Assembly: GCA_963796965.1 (NCBI GenBank)
Contig: CAWCNS010000005.1
Location: 864,001-928,000 of the forward strand
Direction of reading: 5' to 3'
From: Calditrichia bacterium
GTDB taxonomy: Bacteria; Calditrichota; Calditrichia; JAJRVZ01
Length of the DNA: 64,000 nt
The notes under the pieces are model-generated. The model saw nothing but the letters and a program-made list of their open reading frames with translations. It made no database searches and had not been told where the DNA came from. Shown here one piece after another: positions 31,321 to 41,348 of the stretch (position 1 is its first letter; the number at the start of each line of letters is the position of its first letter). Made by a program: the position numbers and the translations under genes.

Positions 31321-31896
31321 TTGAAACCTGATTTGACTGATGCCCTGATTCTCGTAGATGTACAATACGACTTTTTACCTGGAGGAGCATTAGCCGTACC
31401 AGATGGAGACGGAGTAATTTCGGAACTTAATAAGTATATTCGTTTATTTCAGGGATTACATCGCCCGGTGATTGCCACCCGCGATTGGCATCCAAAAAAC
31501 CATTGTTCTTTTAACGATTTCGGCGGCATTTGGCCGGTACATTGTGTAGCCGGAACAAAGGGTGCACAAATCTCAAATGAAATCATACTTCCTGCAAATA
31601 CACTAATTATATCCAAAGCAACCACACGTGAAGAGGAAGCTTATTCCGGTCTAGATGGTACAGATCTGGAAGATAGATTACACGATTTGGGAGTTAAAAG
31701 AGTCTGGGTCGGCGGATTAGCTACTGATTATTGCGTTTTGGAAACAGTAAAAGATTTCCTTGCCAAAGATTTTGAAGTTATATTACTCATGGATGCTATC
31801 CGGGCAGTAAATGTGAAGCCCAATGATGGTGCACTCGCAGAACAGAAAATGCTCAATGCTGGCGCTCAACCTATTACAATAAAAGATGTTCAATGA
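31321..31896 (+). CDS. pncA: Nicotinamidase/pyrazinamidase
   Basis: VDVQYDFLPGGALAV, DWHP..H, WPVHC, GLATDYCV. Confidence 0.92.
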   Translation: MKPDLTDALILVDVQYDFLPGGALAVPDGDGVISELNKYIRLFQGLHRPVIATRDWHPKNHCSFNDFGGIWPVHCVAGTKGAQISNEIILPANTLIISKATTREEEAYSGLDGTDLEDRLHDLGVKRVWVGGLATDYCVLETVKDFLAKDFEVILLMDAIRAVNVKPNDGALAEQKMLNAGAQPITIKDVQ

Positions 31897-33218
31897 AAAT
31901 TTTCTCCCACCCCTCTTCTCTCTTAACTGATCTTTATCAACTTACAATGTTGCAGAGTTATCTTGATCATGATCTTTCGGCAAATGCAGAATTTGAATTT
32001 TTTGTACGGGACATACCGACATCACGAAACTTCCTTATAGCTGCAGGACTTGAGCAGGTCATAGAATATGTAGAAAATCTGGAATTTACACACAAGGAAC
32101 TGGATTGGTTGTCCACCCAGCCTTTTTTTAATGATATGTTTCTCACTTATCTGGAGAATTTCAAGTTTGAAGGAACTATCGAAGCAATGCCTGAAGGGAC
32201 TATTTTTTTTCCTGGTGAGCCAATATTACGTGTCTTCGCTCCAATTGCCCAGGCTCAATTAGTAGAGACACGTATTATCAATATACTTCACTATCAAACC
32301 ATGATCGCCTCAAAAGCGGTCAGATCAGTGCTTGCGTCGCAAAACAAATTGCTCATTGATTTTGGTCTACGTCGCGCTCACGGTGCTGAAGCCGGACTAT
32401 ATGCAGCCCGAGCGAGCTATTTGGCCGGATTTTCAGGAACGTCAACGGTATTGGCAGGCAAGCTCTACAATATACCTATTTATGGCACCATGGCCCACTC
32501 CTATATTCTGGCACATGATGATGAAAACATTGCTTTTCAAAACTTTATGACATCACATCCTGATAATGTCGTTTTATTGATTGATACATACGATATAGTT
32601 AAAGCGATCAATATAGTTATCGATCTTGCGAAGGATAAACGATTTAGTCATGCACCTATCTCAGCGGTGCGACTGGATAGCGGAGATTTGATCAGAAATT
32701 CTTTTCAGATTCGTAAAATTCTTGATGATGAGGGTCTTCAAAGTATTAAAATTTTTGTAAGTAGTAATTTAGATGAAAATTCTTTGCACAAGTTTGCAGA
32801 ATCAAAGGCTCCCATTGATGGGTTTGGCGTTGGTACTTTGATGGTCACTTCGGCTGATGCGCCCTACCTGGAATGTGGTTATAAATTGGTATCCTACAAC
32901 CATAAACCCCGCTTTAAAAAATCACCCCGTAAAGCAACTTATCCTTGTGCGAAGCAGGTCTACCGTTATTATAATGAGGATGGTACTTTCCACTTCGACG
33001 AAGTAACAAGTAAAAATGAAGACAGAGCGGCAGAGGGATTGCTAATAAAAGTTATGGAGAATGGTAACAAAATTCATAATCAGGTATCCGTACTAGAGGC
33101 ACGTCAACATTTATCAAGCCAGATCGATAAACTCCCATCAGAAATGCGCTCACTGCGCAAATGCGAACCGTATCCGGTAAAGATCAGCAAAAACCTCACC
33201 CGGATGACAGGGGAGTAA
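31893..33218 (+). CDS. pncB: Nicotinate phosphoribosyltransferase
   Basis: LLTDLYQLTM, DFGLRRAHG, GTMAHS, VRLDSGD; overlaps pncA stop. Confidence 0.93.
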   Translation: MKIFSHPSSLLTDLYQLTMLQSYLDHDLSANAEFEFFVRDIPTSRNFLIAAGLEQVIEYVENLEFTHKELDWLSTQPFFNDMFLTYLENFKFEGTIEAMPEGTIFFPGEPILRVFAPIAQAQLVETRIINILHYQTMIASKAVRSVLASQNKLLIDFGLRRAHGAEAGLYAARASYLAGFSGTSTVLAGKLYNIPIYGTMAHSYILAHDDENIAFQNFMTSHPDNVVLLIDTYDIVKAINIVIDLAKDKRFSHAPISAVRLDSGDLIRNSFQIRKILDDEGLQSIKIFVSSNLDENSLHKFAESKAPIDGFGVGTLMVTSADAPYLECGYKLVSYNHKPRFKKSPRKATYPCAKQVYRYYNEDGTFHFDEVTSKNEDRAAEGLLIKVMENGNKIHNQVSVLEARQHLSSQIDKLPSEMRSLRKCEPYPVKISKNLTRMTGE

Positions 33219-33230
33219 ATACTAAGCCCA

Positions 33231-33743
33231 ATGGTTCTCAAACTAAAGAATTGCGAAATTCGAACATTAACTGAAGCGGATGCTTCCTCTCTCTCCCGCC
33301 ATGCGAATAACCGTAAGATTTGGATCAATTTGCGGGATGCCTTTCCCCATCCCTACACCTACCAAGATGCCGAGATCTTTATAAAAAATTCAGCATCAAT
33401 GAAACCTGAATCAAACTTTGCCATATCCGTAGATGATACGGCCGTTGGTTGTATCGGTATTGGTTTACATAAAGATATTGAACGCCTTTCAGCTGAAATC
33501 GGCTACTGGCTTGGAGAGCCATTTTGGAATAAGGGAATAATGACGGAGGTTGTTAGCGCTTTAACATCCTATGCAATTGATCAACATCAATTAACAAGAA
33601 TTTTCGCTGTTCCCTTTGAGTGGAATGTTGGTTCTATGCGGGTTCTCACTAAAACCGGATATATACAAGAGGCTATAATGAAAAAAAGTGCTATAAAAGA
33701 TGGTAAAATTATTGATCAAATGCTCTATGCTTATACGGTCTAA
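33231..33743 (+). CDS. GNAT N-acetyltransferase (RimJ/RimL-like)
   Basis: AEIGYWLGEPFWNKGIMTE, NVGSMRVLTKTG. Confidence 0.88.
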   Translation: MVLKLKNCEIRTLTEADASSLSRHANNRKIWINLRDAFPHPYTYQDAEIFIKNSASMKPESNFAISVDDTAVGCIGIGLHKDIERLSAEIGYWLGEPFWNKGIMTEVVSALTSYAIDQHQLTRIFAVPFEWNVGSMRVLTKTGYIQEAIMKKSAIKDGKIIDQMLYAYTV

Positions 33744-33782
33744 GTTGGACATTATCAATCCAGATTTTGGGTTCACAATACT

Positions 33783-34589
33783 ATGATAAACATAAAATCA
33801 GGTCTAATAGTTTTAATGATACTTACTGTTTTCAGTATGGACCTCCAGGCACAAAAACCCTATGAATTGTCCTCCCCTCAGGATGTTGTGCTGCTGGGTG
33901 CAGGCTTCCCCATACTTTATTTTGGATATCGGATTGATCAAGCCATTCCCCCTCTTGATCCTAAAGATATTATGGAATTGAAACAGGAAGATGTTAATAG
34001 TTTTGACCGAATAGCAACCTATCATTATTCAGAAAAAGCCGCAGATTTAAGTGATATTCTTGTCTATACCTGTCTCGCTTCTCCACTTGCACTCTTATTC
34101 TCAAATGAAGTTCGTCGAGATGCGGGAGTCGTATATACGATGTATGGCGAATCTTTGATTTATGGGGTATCATTTCCTCTCTATTCAAAAGAGGCCTCTC
34201 ATCGATTCAGACCCTATGTTTATAATCCTGAGGTTCCCGACGAAATAAAATTAACCAGAGAGTCCCGGAAATCTTTTTTTTCTGGTCACACCAGTGTAGC
34301 TTTTACTTCTATGATATTTTTTGCCTCTGTATTCAATGGATACTATCCCGAATCACAATGGAGACCCTATATCTGGACTGGATCTGTTTTGCTCGCATCT
34401 TCTGTCGGTTATCTTAGAGTCACTGCCGGAAAGCATTATCCTACCGATGTTTTGGTGGGTGCTCTTGTTGGAACACTTATTGGTTATATTATTCCCAAGA
34501 TTCATGAGACCAACACCAATGGAGACTCCTACCCACTTTCAAATCCGAGTTATAAAAAAACTTTTTTAAACGTCAATTTTGTTTTTTAA
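33783..34589 (+). CDS. PAP2-family phosphatase
   Basis: K......RP, SFFSGH, RVTAGKHYPTDV. Confidence 0.88.
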   Translation: MINIKSGLIVLMILTVFSMDLQAQKPYELSSPQDVVLLGAGFPILYFGYRIDQAIPPLDPKDIMELKQEDVNSFDRIATYHYSEKAADLSDILVYTCLASPLALLFSNEVRRDAGVVYTMYGESLIYGVSFPLYSKEASHRFRPYVYNPEVPDEIKLTRESRKSFFSGHTSVAFTSMIFFASVFNGYYPESQWRPYIWTGSVLLASSVGYLRVTAGKHYPTDVLVGALVGTLIGYIIPKIHETNTNGDSYPLSNPSYKKTFLNVNFVF

Positions 34590-34731
34590 TTTCTCTATTA
34601 AATATCCGGCAGTTAACTACAATAATATTAAACGCAGAGGCCGCTGAGATCGCTGAGAAAATATATAATAGTTGTGTTAATACTTTAAAAGAAAATTGCC
34701 TATTACAAACATTAAAAAGACAGGATATCTG

Positions 34732-35841
34732 ATGAATATGATAAAACATATAGTGTATTTTTGCCTGCTGTTGGTACTTATTTCTTTTAATTCTTGCAAA
34801 GTAGAAAAAAAGGTAACTTCTGAGGACCACACCCTAATTGCCATTGTAAACCCTCATGTCGGCTCACTCGTTAAATTTAAATCGCTTATCGACAATGGCA
34901 TATTAGACATTCCCAATGCGCAATATCTGGCTGTATGCTATGATCAGGTTGAGCGCAATATTGTAGCTGTTGAAAATTTCATCAATGAACAGAGTAACGA
35001 TCTTTTTCGCCTGGAAATATTATCTGGTGCCTTACCTCACACCGACCTCTTTATGGAAAACAGTTTGAGTAAACAATTCTTGAAAATATTTCAAAAAACA
35101 GAGGGTATCTTTTTCCTGGGTGGCGCTGATATTCCCCCAACCATATATGATCAAAAAACAAATTTGCTCTCTTCTATCACTACGCCGAAAAGGCATCTCT
35201 TCGAGCTCTCCTTTTTATTTCATCTTCTTGGTGGTTCACAAGACACATCATTTAATGCATTATTAGAAATGAATAAGACGTATAAAGTGGTTGGGTTTTG
35301 CTTAGGTATGCAGACCATGAATGTGGCCACGGGTGGTACAATGCACCAGGATATTCCCTCAAACATCTATAATTTAAATTATGTTGAAGATGTCCTGGCA
35401 ATGGATAATAATCAGAGACATTTGAATTACTGGCAAAGACTGGCACCAGAGGACGATATGATTTGGTCAAATTTTCATCAGATTAAATCAATTAAATCAC
35501 ATCATTTTTTTAATGAAGATCTTTGGTCGGGCAATAGCAATCCCTTTGTTTATAGTTCCCACCATCAAGCCGTACAATCAGTGGGAAATAATCTGGATAT
35601 TATTGCAACCTCAATGGATGGAAAGGTTGTAGAAATAATAATCCATAATAAATATGAGAATGTATTTGGTGTTCAGTTTCATCCCGAGGTTTCATCTCTG
35701 TATTTATCTGATCAAAAACAATATAAATGGACCCCTGATGATTTGGTGCCAAAGAGTTACTATGAATTCCTCGTCAAATCAAATAGTTTATCATTCCATA
35801 AAAAGTTCTGGCAGAAGGTAAGCAGCCTTTATCAGCACTAG
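34732..35841 (+). CDS. Peptidase C26 / gamma-glutamyl hydrolase-like class I glutamine amidotransferase, probable lipoprotein
   Basis: GGADIPP, GFCLGMQ, HHQAV, GVQFHPE; lipobox FNSC. Confidence 0.82.
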   Translation: MNMIKHIVYFCLLLVLISFNSCKVEKKVTSEDHTLIAIVNPHVGSLVKFKSLIDNGILDIPNAQYLAVCYDQVERNIVAVENFINEQSNDLFRLEILSGALPHTDLFMENSLSKQFLKIFQKTEGIFFLGGADIPPTIYDQKTNLLSSITTPKRHLFELSFLFHLLGGSQDTSFNALLEMNKTYKVVGFCLGMQTMNVATGGTMHQDIPSNIYNLNYVEDVLAMDNNQRHLNYWQRLAPEDDMIWSNFHQIKSIKSHHFFNEDLWSGNSNPFVYSSHHQAVQSVGNNLDIIATSMDGKVVEIIIHNKYENVFGVQFHPEVSSLYLSDQKQYKWTPDDLVPKSYYEFLVKSNSLSFHKKFWQKVSSLYQH

Positions 35842-35966
35842 TTTGATTGAGACAATGGTTTGATAAATATATACGGATTTGGTAAAATGAATTTTGATAA
35901 ACTATCTGATTACATTTCAGTCATTCTTTATGAAATGTCCATCTCTAAAGATTGCTAGACTTCAGT

Positions 35967-37595
35967 ATGTATACAAAAAAAATACAGAGGAACTTTCTCA
36001 GGAACCTGATAATTACTCTTATACTTATTACAGGACTCCTACTTATTTTTCAGCAAACATATGACAATTTTGTTCGTGAAAGCATTTCCAAAAGCTATAT
36101 TTCTGAACTGGCCGCCCAGGCAGAGAAGGAGTTCAATCTATATAATCAACCTGTATTAAATAACTTACTTCTGGCCCAAAAATGGGGTCAATCAGGTTTA
36201 TTAAGACTTAAAAATCCTGAGTTACTCAACGCTACTTTCATACCCATCCTCGATCAAACACCACAAATCTATGCCGTAAAACTAGTTGATTCACTGGGTA
36301 ATTATTATTCCCTGACCCGAAAACGTGACACATGGGAAACCATAATTTCCAATTCTGAAAAAAAAACAAACAAATCTCTTTATCAGGAATTGTCAGCGAA
36401 AGGAAAATTGATTAGTAAAAGATGGGACAAAAATGACTATCCACCTTTAAAAAGGCCCTGGTATATTGGTGCCAGAGACAGTGTTAGCGGGAATAAAGCA
36501 TTCTGGACCCAGGCCCGACACATTATTTCTGCTCAAAGCCCAGGGATTACAGCATCAATATCATGGAGAAACAGAGAAAATAGCATTTTTGTTTTAGCTT
36601 TTGATGTGCTTTTAAAAAGCATCTATAATACATTAACCGATTTAGTAATTAGTGAGAATAGCCAGGTTTTTCTCTTTCGAAATGATGGTTCTATATTTAA
36701 CGTTGCTTCTCTCGATGCATCACCCAATGATGATGAGAATAACATTCAGTTTTTTATCGATCATTCAGAAGTGGGGAAACCATTAATTTCAACTTCTTTA
36801 AAAATGTGGCATAATGCAGAATTTGAGAGTAATGAGCCGCTCAAATTTAAATACAAAAACATTAACTACTGGTGCGGTTTTCGACCAATCCAAACTGAGC
36901 GCCTCCCTCTTTGGATTGGATTCGTTTTACCCGAGAAGGATCTTTTTGGGCCTCTGCAGGAGGAACAGGAATTACTTATCATAGCCTTTATAATAATTAT
37001 CATATTAGGTATAATAATTATTGTATGGCTAGTGAGAGGATATCGAAACCAAATGGCCCGGGGTCCTGATTCTTTAATCGATGATCCCAATATTGAAAAA
37101 AGAATCAAAGATTTGATTAACAAGGGAGAAAGCATCAAATCTGAATTTAAGTCTACCATGAGAATGAATTTAAAGACAGGACAATCAGGCCGAGAAATCG
37201 AAATGGCATGGTTAAAAACAGTTTGTGCTTTTATGAACTCTAACGGAGGCGTTCTGCTTTTTGGTATTCAGGACGATGGTCAGATTGTCGGAATTGAAGC
37301 AGATAATTTTGAAAATGAAGATCGTATCCGGTTACATTTTAAGAATCTTATTAACCAGCATGTTGGTGCTGAATTTTCTTCATCATTAAGGTTTCATGTC
37401 TTAACGCTCTCCGAAATGACAGTGGCTGTCCTTGAATGTGAGCCCTCGTCAAAACCTGTTTTCCTAAAAAATAAGAGCGAGGAGTTTTTCTACATACGCA
37501 CTGGTCCTTCAAGTATAAAATTATCGGCCAGCAAAACTCTTAAATATCTCGAAAACCGCAAATCACGTGTCTCTAAGCAAAGCGATGAATTTTAA
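35967..37595 (+). CDS. Membrane receptor: dCache sensor domain + TM + Schlafen/AlbA_2 domain
   Basis: TM1; YPPLKRPWY...FWTQ...PGITAS...LAFDV (dCache); TM2; GESIKSEFKST...AFMNSNGGVLLFGIQDDG (AlbA_2). Confidence 0.8.
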   Translation: MYTKKIQRNFLRNLIITLILITGLLLIFQQTYDNFVRESISKSYISELAAQAEKEFNLYNQPVLNNLLLAQKWGQSGLLRLKNPELLNATFIPILDQTPQIYAVKLVDSLGNYYSLTRKRDTWETIISNSEKKTNKSLYQELSAKGKLISKRWDKNDYPPLKRPWYIGARDSVSGNKAFWTQARHIISAQSPGITASISWRNRENSIFVLAFDVLLKSIYNTLTDLVISENSQVFLFRNDGSIFNVASLDASPNDDENNIQFFIDHSEVGKPLISTSLKMWHNAEFESNEPLKFKYKNINYWCGFRPIQTERLPLWIGFVLPEKDLFGPLQEEQELLIIAFIIIIILGIIIIVWLVRGYRNQMARGPDSLIDDPNIEKRIKDLINKGESIKSEFKSTMRMNLKTGQSGREIEMAWLKTVCAFMNSNGGVLLFGIQDDGQIVGIEADNFENEDRIRLHFKNLINQHVGAEFSSSLRFHVLTLSEMTVAVLECEPSSKPVFLKNKSEEFFYIRTGPSSIKLSASKTLKYLENRKSRVSKQSDEF

Positions 37596-39323
37596 AACGG
37601 ATGGTTCCGGTCTAACCCTAAGAGCTGTTTTTATTGCTCTTTCGCTTTCTGTTTTTCTTCTTTTAAGTACATTTTATATTGCAATAAAATTAGGTGCTGC
37701 CCCGTGGCCAATAATATTTTCTGTAATTGTTTCTTCCTCTGTCATAAAGATCCTCAATAGAGGAAAAAAGACAAATCTCCATGAAATCAATGTTGCTCAG
37801 GCAGGAGGAAGCATTGGTGGCTTGGTTGCTGCAGGTGTGGCATTCACTTTACCCGGCATTATTTATCTAAACCAAACACGGGGTACAGCAATCGATTTAC
37901 CAGATCCGCTAATATTAGGATTACTGATCGCCGCAGCCGGTTTATTAGGCTTATTATTGTCTGTTCCCCTCAAACAGACCTTTATTGACGAAGAAAATTT
38001 ACCCTATCCTGCCGGAACTGCTGGTGCAGAATTATTAAAACTATCTGACTCGCACGGCAAAAGCTTCATTTGGTTCTGATTATTGGATCTTTGATTGGAA
38101 TATTTACCCTGGTTAGGGATATCAGTTTCCCAACTGGATTTGTGCTCATTTCAATCACTTCATTAGGTATCCTGGTGCCTCTTTTACCCCTGCCCATTGC
38201 CCTTGGTGCAGGTTATATTCTGGGTCCGCGGGCCAGTTTTTCCTGGTTGGCAGGAGCTATTTTTGGTTGGTTTATTCTTACTCCTATTTTAGTAACATCA
38301 GGAATAACCCCAGACCTCACTTCATCATATATGAAAAATCTTGGCATGGGAATGGTCATGGGATCGGGAATCAGTTTTTTAATCAGTTATATACTGCCAC
38401 GATTTCGGCAAATCTTTTTACCCTTTATCACTGCTGAATCCAAATATAGAATCTTGTTGATTGGTGCGCTCTCCGTTGGCCTTATCAGTTTAATAATTAA
38501 TGATGTTCCAGTTCTGGCCTCGGTCCTTACACTTCTGGGAATTTGGGCAATGGTTGCTGTTGCAGCACGAATGACCGGTGAAACAAATATTGATCCTCTT
38601 GAACAATTTGGGATATTCATTGCCCTCCTCATCGCTGGAATTTATGCATTATTTTTGCTTCCCCTCCCCTTTCATGTCTTATTAATAATCGCCATGACTG
38701 TCAGCATTGCATGTGCTATTGCCGGTGATGCAGGACATGACTATAAATCAGCAGCAATTCTCCATACAAAATTTTCAGACATTATTAAGATTGATATAAT
38801 TACTGTGGTGGTAACCGGCTTCGCTGCCCCATTTGTCTTCGATATTTTTATTCGCGCTTTTTCATCTGATCTTTTTACCCCCGTGATGCCTGCACCGCAG
38901 GCACAACTTGTAGCAGATAGTTTAAAAGGATTTGAACATCCCACAGTATTCTTATGCGGATTTGGACTTGCCTTCACCGGCGAAATAATTGATCGGTTTC
39001 TTCCCGATAAATTCCAAAAGCGCTTATTATGGATGCCCTTTGGGATTGGTCTGTTTCTTGGGCCTGGCCTTGCTATTCCTATTGCCCTCGGTGCAGTCAT
39101 ACATGTATGGATTAATAAAAAAAATAAAGAACATTACCACACAGGGATTCTAATTGCGGCGGGAATAATGGGTGCTGAAGGTATCGCAGGCTTTTCCACC
39201 GGCGCATTGACCATTTTTGGGATTGATTTGGGCTTTTCTGCTTTGATTCTGGGGTTGATATTTGCATTAGTGATGGTTACTGGGGTATGGATATATCGAC
39301 AATCTAATGCGCATTTACCCTAA
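37585..39323 (+). CDS. OPT-family oligopeptide transporter; frameshift near 38065-38075
   Basis: GLTLRAV, EINVAQAGGS, LPYPAGTAGA, GETNIDP, PAPQA motifs; ATG overlaps upstream stop. Confidence 0.82.
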
Positions 39324-39329
39324 ATGCTT

Positions 39330-39586
39330 GTAGAGACGTCCCGGTGGGACGTCTCATGATAAATATATGTGAACATAATATTATCACAATCAAATACTAC
39401 ATGATTTATTTATTCTATTTACAAATTATTTCCAATTCCTGATAGGCAAACATCGCACAGGAACCTCTCCTTATAACATATATTGAAATTGATATTATCC
39501 TCTTCAAATACCACATGAATCCCATATGTCAGGTGCATATTATTTCTATTACCTGATAGAGAGACATCCCACCAGGACGTTTCTAC
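39330..39586. repeat. Inverted pair of GTAG-type REP hairpins downstream of RAYT
   Basis: GTAGAGACGTCCCGGTGGGACGTCTC (39330-39355) and a degenerate inverted copy (39561-39586). Confidence 0.85.
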
Positions 39587-39601
39587 GATATAATTCCTAT
39601 G

Positions 39602-40153
39602 TTATTCTCCCTTTCTACGTTTATCTTCCCAATATTTAGGGTTATTTTTGATATAATTCCGAATTCGGTAATATTCCTTTTCATTCCTTATGACATGATC
39701 GTAGAATCGTGTTTGCCATTTAAACTCAAAATAGCCTTTCAATCTGACTTTTTTTGTACATATAGATTTAAACTGACCAATTATTGAACCTAAAGAATTT
39801 GCCGTTAATAATTTCCCTTTTACTTTTATTATTTCAGAGACGTCCCGCCGGGACGTCTCTACATTAACCTTGTAATTTATTATAACAATACCATGGATGT
39901 GGTTTGGCATAATTGTCCATTCACCAATATGGATATTCTTTCTAATCCTGGCCGTATTCTTCCATTCATAATCTACAATTTTACCCACTTCCGATAATTT
40001 GATATTGCCTTTTATAATTTTCCCAAACCAATCATATCCTCCCTCAGTACAAATTGTAACAAAATAATGTCCAGGGTTTGTATAATCCCAACCCTGTAAT
40101 CTGGATGATGAAATTCGGAATCTTTCATTAAATTTATCTTTATATTCACACAT
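39602..40153 (-). mobile_element. REP-associated tyrosine transposase (RAYT, IS200/IS605 Y1 HUH family)
   Basis: RLQGWDY..PGHYFVTICT, MPNHIHGI (HUH), WQTRFYDHVIRN, YIKNNP; flanked by GTAG REPs. Confidence 0.9.
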
Positions 40154-40193
40154 ATGTTCTATTTCACATTGAACAATATTACAATTTAAGGCT

Positions 40194-40589
40194 GTAGAGA
40201 CGTCCCGGTGGGACGTCTCTATTTCTGATTTATATAATACAATTATTATGCCATTTGGGGTTATAATATCGGAATGAGCTCAATATATTTAAGATTGGAT
40301 TTTTCTGGTTTTGGTTTTGGAGAAGTCCCAACGGGACGTCTCTATTGCTGATTTATATAATACAATTATTATGCCATTTGGGATATAATATCGGAATGAG
40401 CTCAATATATTTAAGATTGGATTTTTCTGGTTTTGGTTTTGGAGAAGTCCCAACGGGACGTCTCTATTGCTGATTTATATAATACAATTATTATGCCATT
40501 TGGGATATAATATCGGAATGAGCTCAATATATTTAAGATTGGATTTTTCTGGTTTTGGTTTTGGAGACGTCCCAACGGGACGTCTCTAC
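40194..40589. repeat. BIME-like tandem array: four REP hairpins separated by three near-identical linkers (period 122-123 bp)
   Basis: GGGACGTCTCTA at 40210, 40333, 40455, 40577; GTAG at the left end and CTAC at the right end. Confidence 0.92.
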
Positions 40590-40632
40590 AGGCAGATGTG
40601 TTTTACAACGATTATACCGAAGGAGAAAAGAA

Positions 40633-40986
40633 TTAATCAATCAATTCAATCACATCCTCATCATTTGGGACTATGCATAAGAATTGAAATGCCGTGTCAC
40701 CGATTGTCCAATAATTGTGGGGAATACCGGCAGGAATAAACACGACATCACCCTCTTTTACATCATATACCTCATCCCCAATTTTCACCGAAGCCTTGCC
40801 ACGCAGTACAAATTGTTCGTGTTCAACCGTATTGGTATGCATCGGCATGAATCCACCTGGTTCAATGATAAAACGACGCATGGCAAAATTTGGACCTTTC
40901 TCAGATCCGATTAATACCTGCCGCGACACATTTTTTCCTGCACCAACAGGTTCAATCTCTATATCACTCGAATGAATCACATACAT
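40633..40986 (-). CDS. Cupin-domain protein
   Basis: PMHTNTVEHEQFVLRG, GDVVFIPAGIPH. Confidence 0.88.
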   Translation of the reverse strand: MYVIHSSDIEIEPVGAGKNVSRQVLIGSEKGPNFAMRRFIIEPGGFMPMHTNTVEHEQFVLRGKASVKIGDEVYDVKEGDVVFIPAGIPHNYWTIGDTAFQFLCIVPNDEDVIELID

Positions 40987-41348
40987 AGAATTCCTTTCTA
41001 TTTATTTTCCTTACACAGAGATCCTCAGGCTTACTCTATCAGTGAGCGACAACTTCTGGTCATTCTTATTACACCAGGTTATAGGTAAAAGAATCTAACC
41101 ACAGGAAGACATAAAAAAACACAGAATCATAAATTAATTTGTTTATTAGTATACAAAACAGATCCGTGCATTTTTCCGGCCTGCCGACTATTACCGGTGT
41201 AACTCCGTGGTTCATATTATAAATATAATAAAATGATTTTATTATATTTATTTTATTTGAATTGTATCATCTAAACAATTATTTTTTCTGATATTATATT
41301 CCCAAATATCATCCAAATAATCATTATTATCTTAAGGGAGAACAAACC

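Noticed and set aside
40194..40589. CRISPR array (palindromic repeats at regular spacing)
   Set aside because: The intervening ~95-bp segments are near-identical rather than unique spacers, no cas genes are present, and the repeats are the REPs of the adjacent RAYT.
40467..40739. 90-aa ORF
   Set aside because: It is a translation of the tandem repeat running antisense into the cupin gene.
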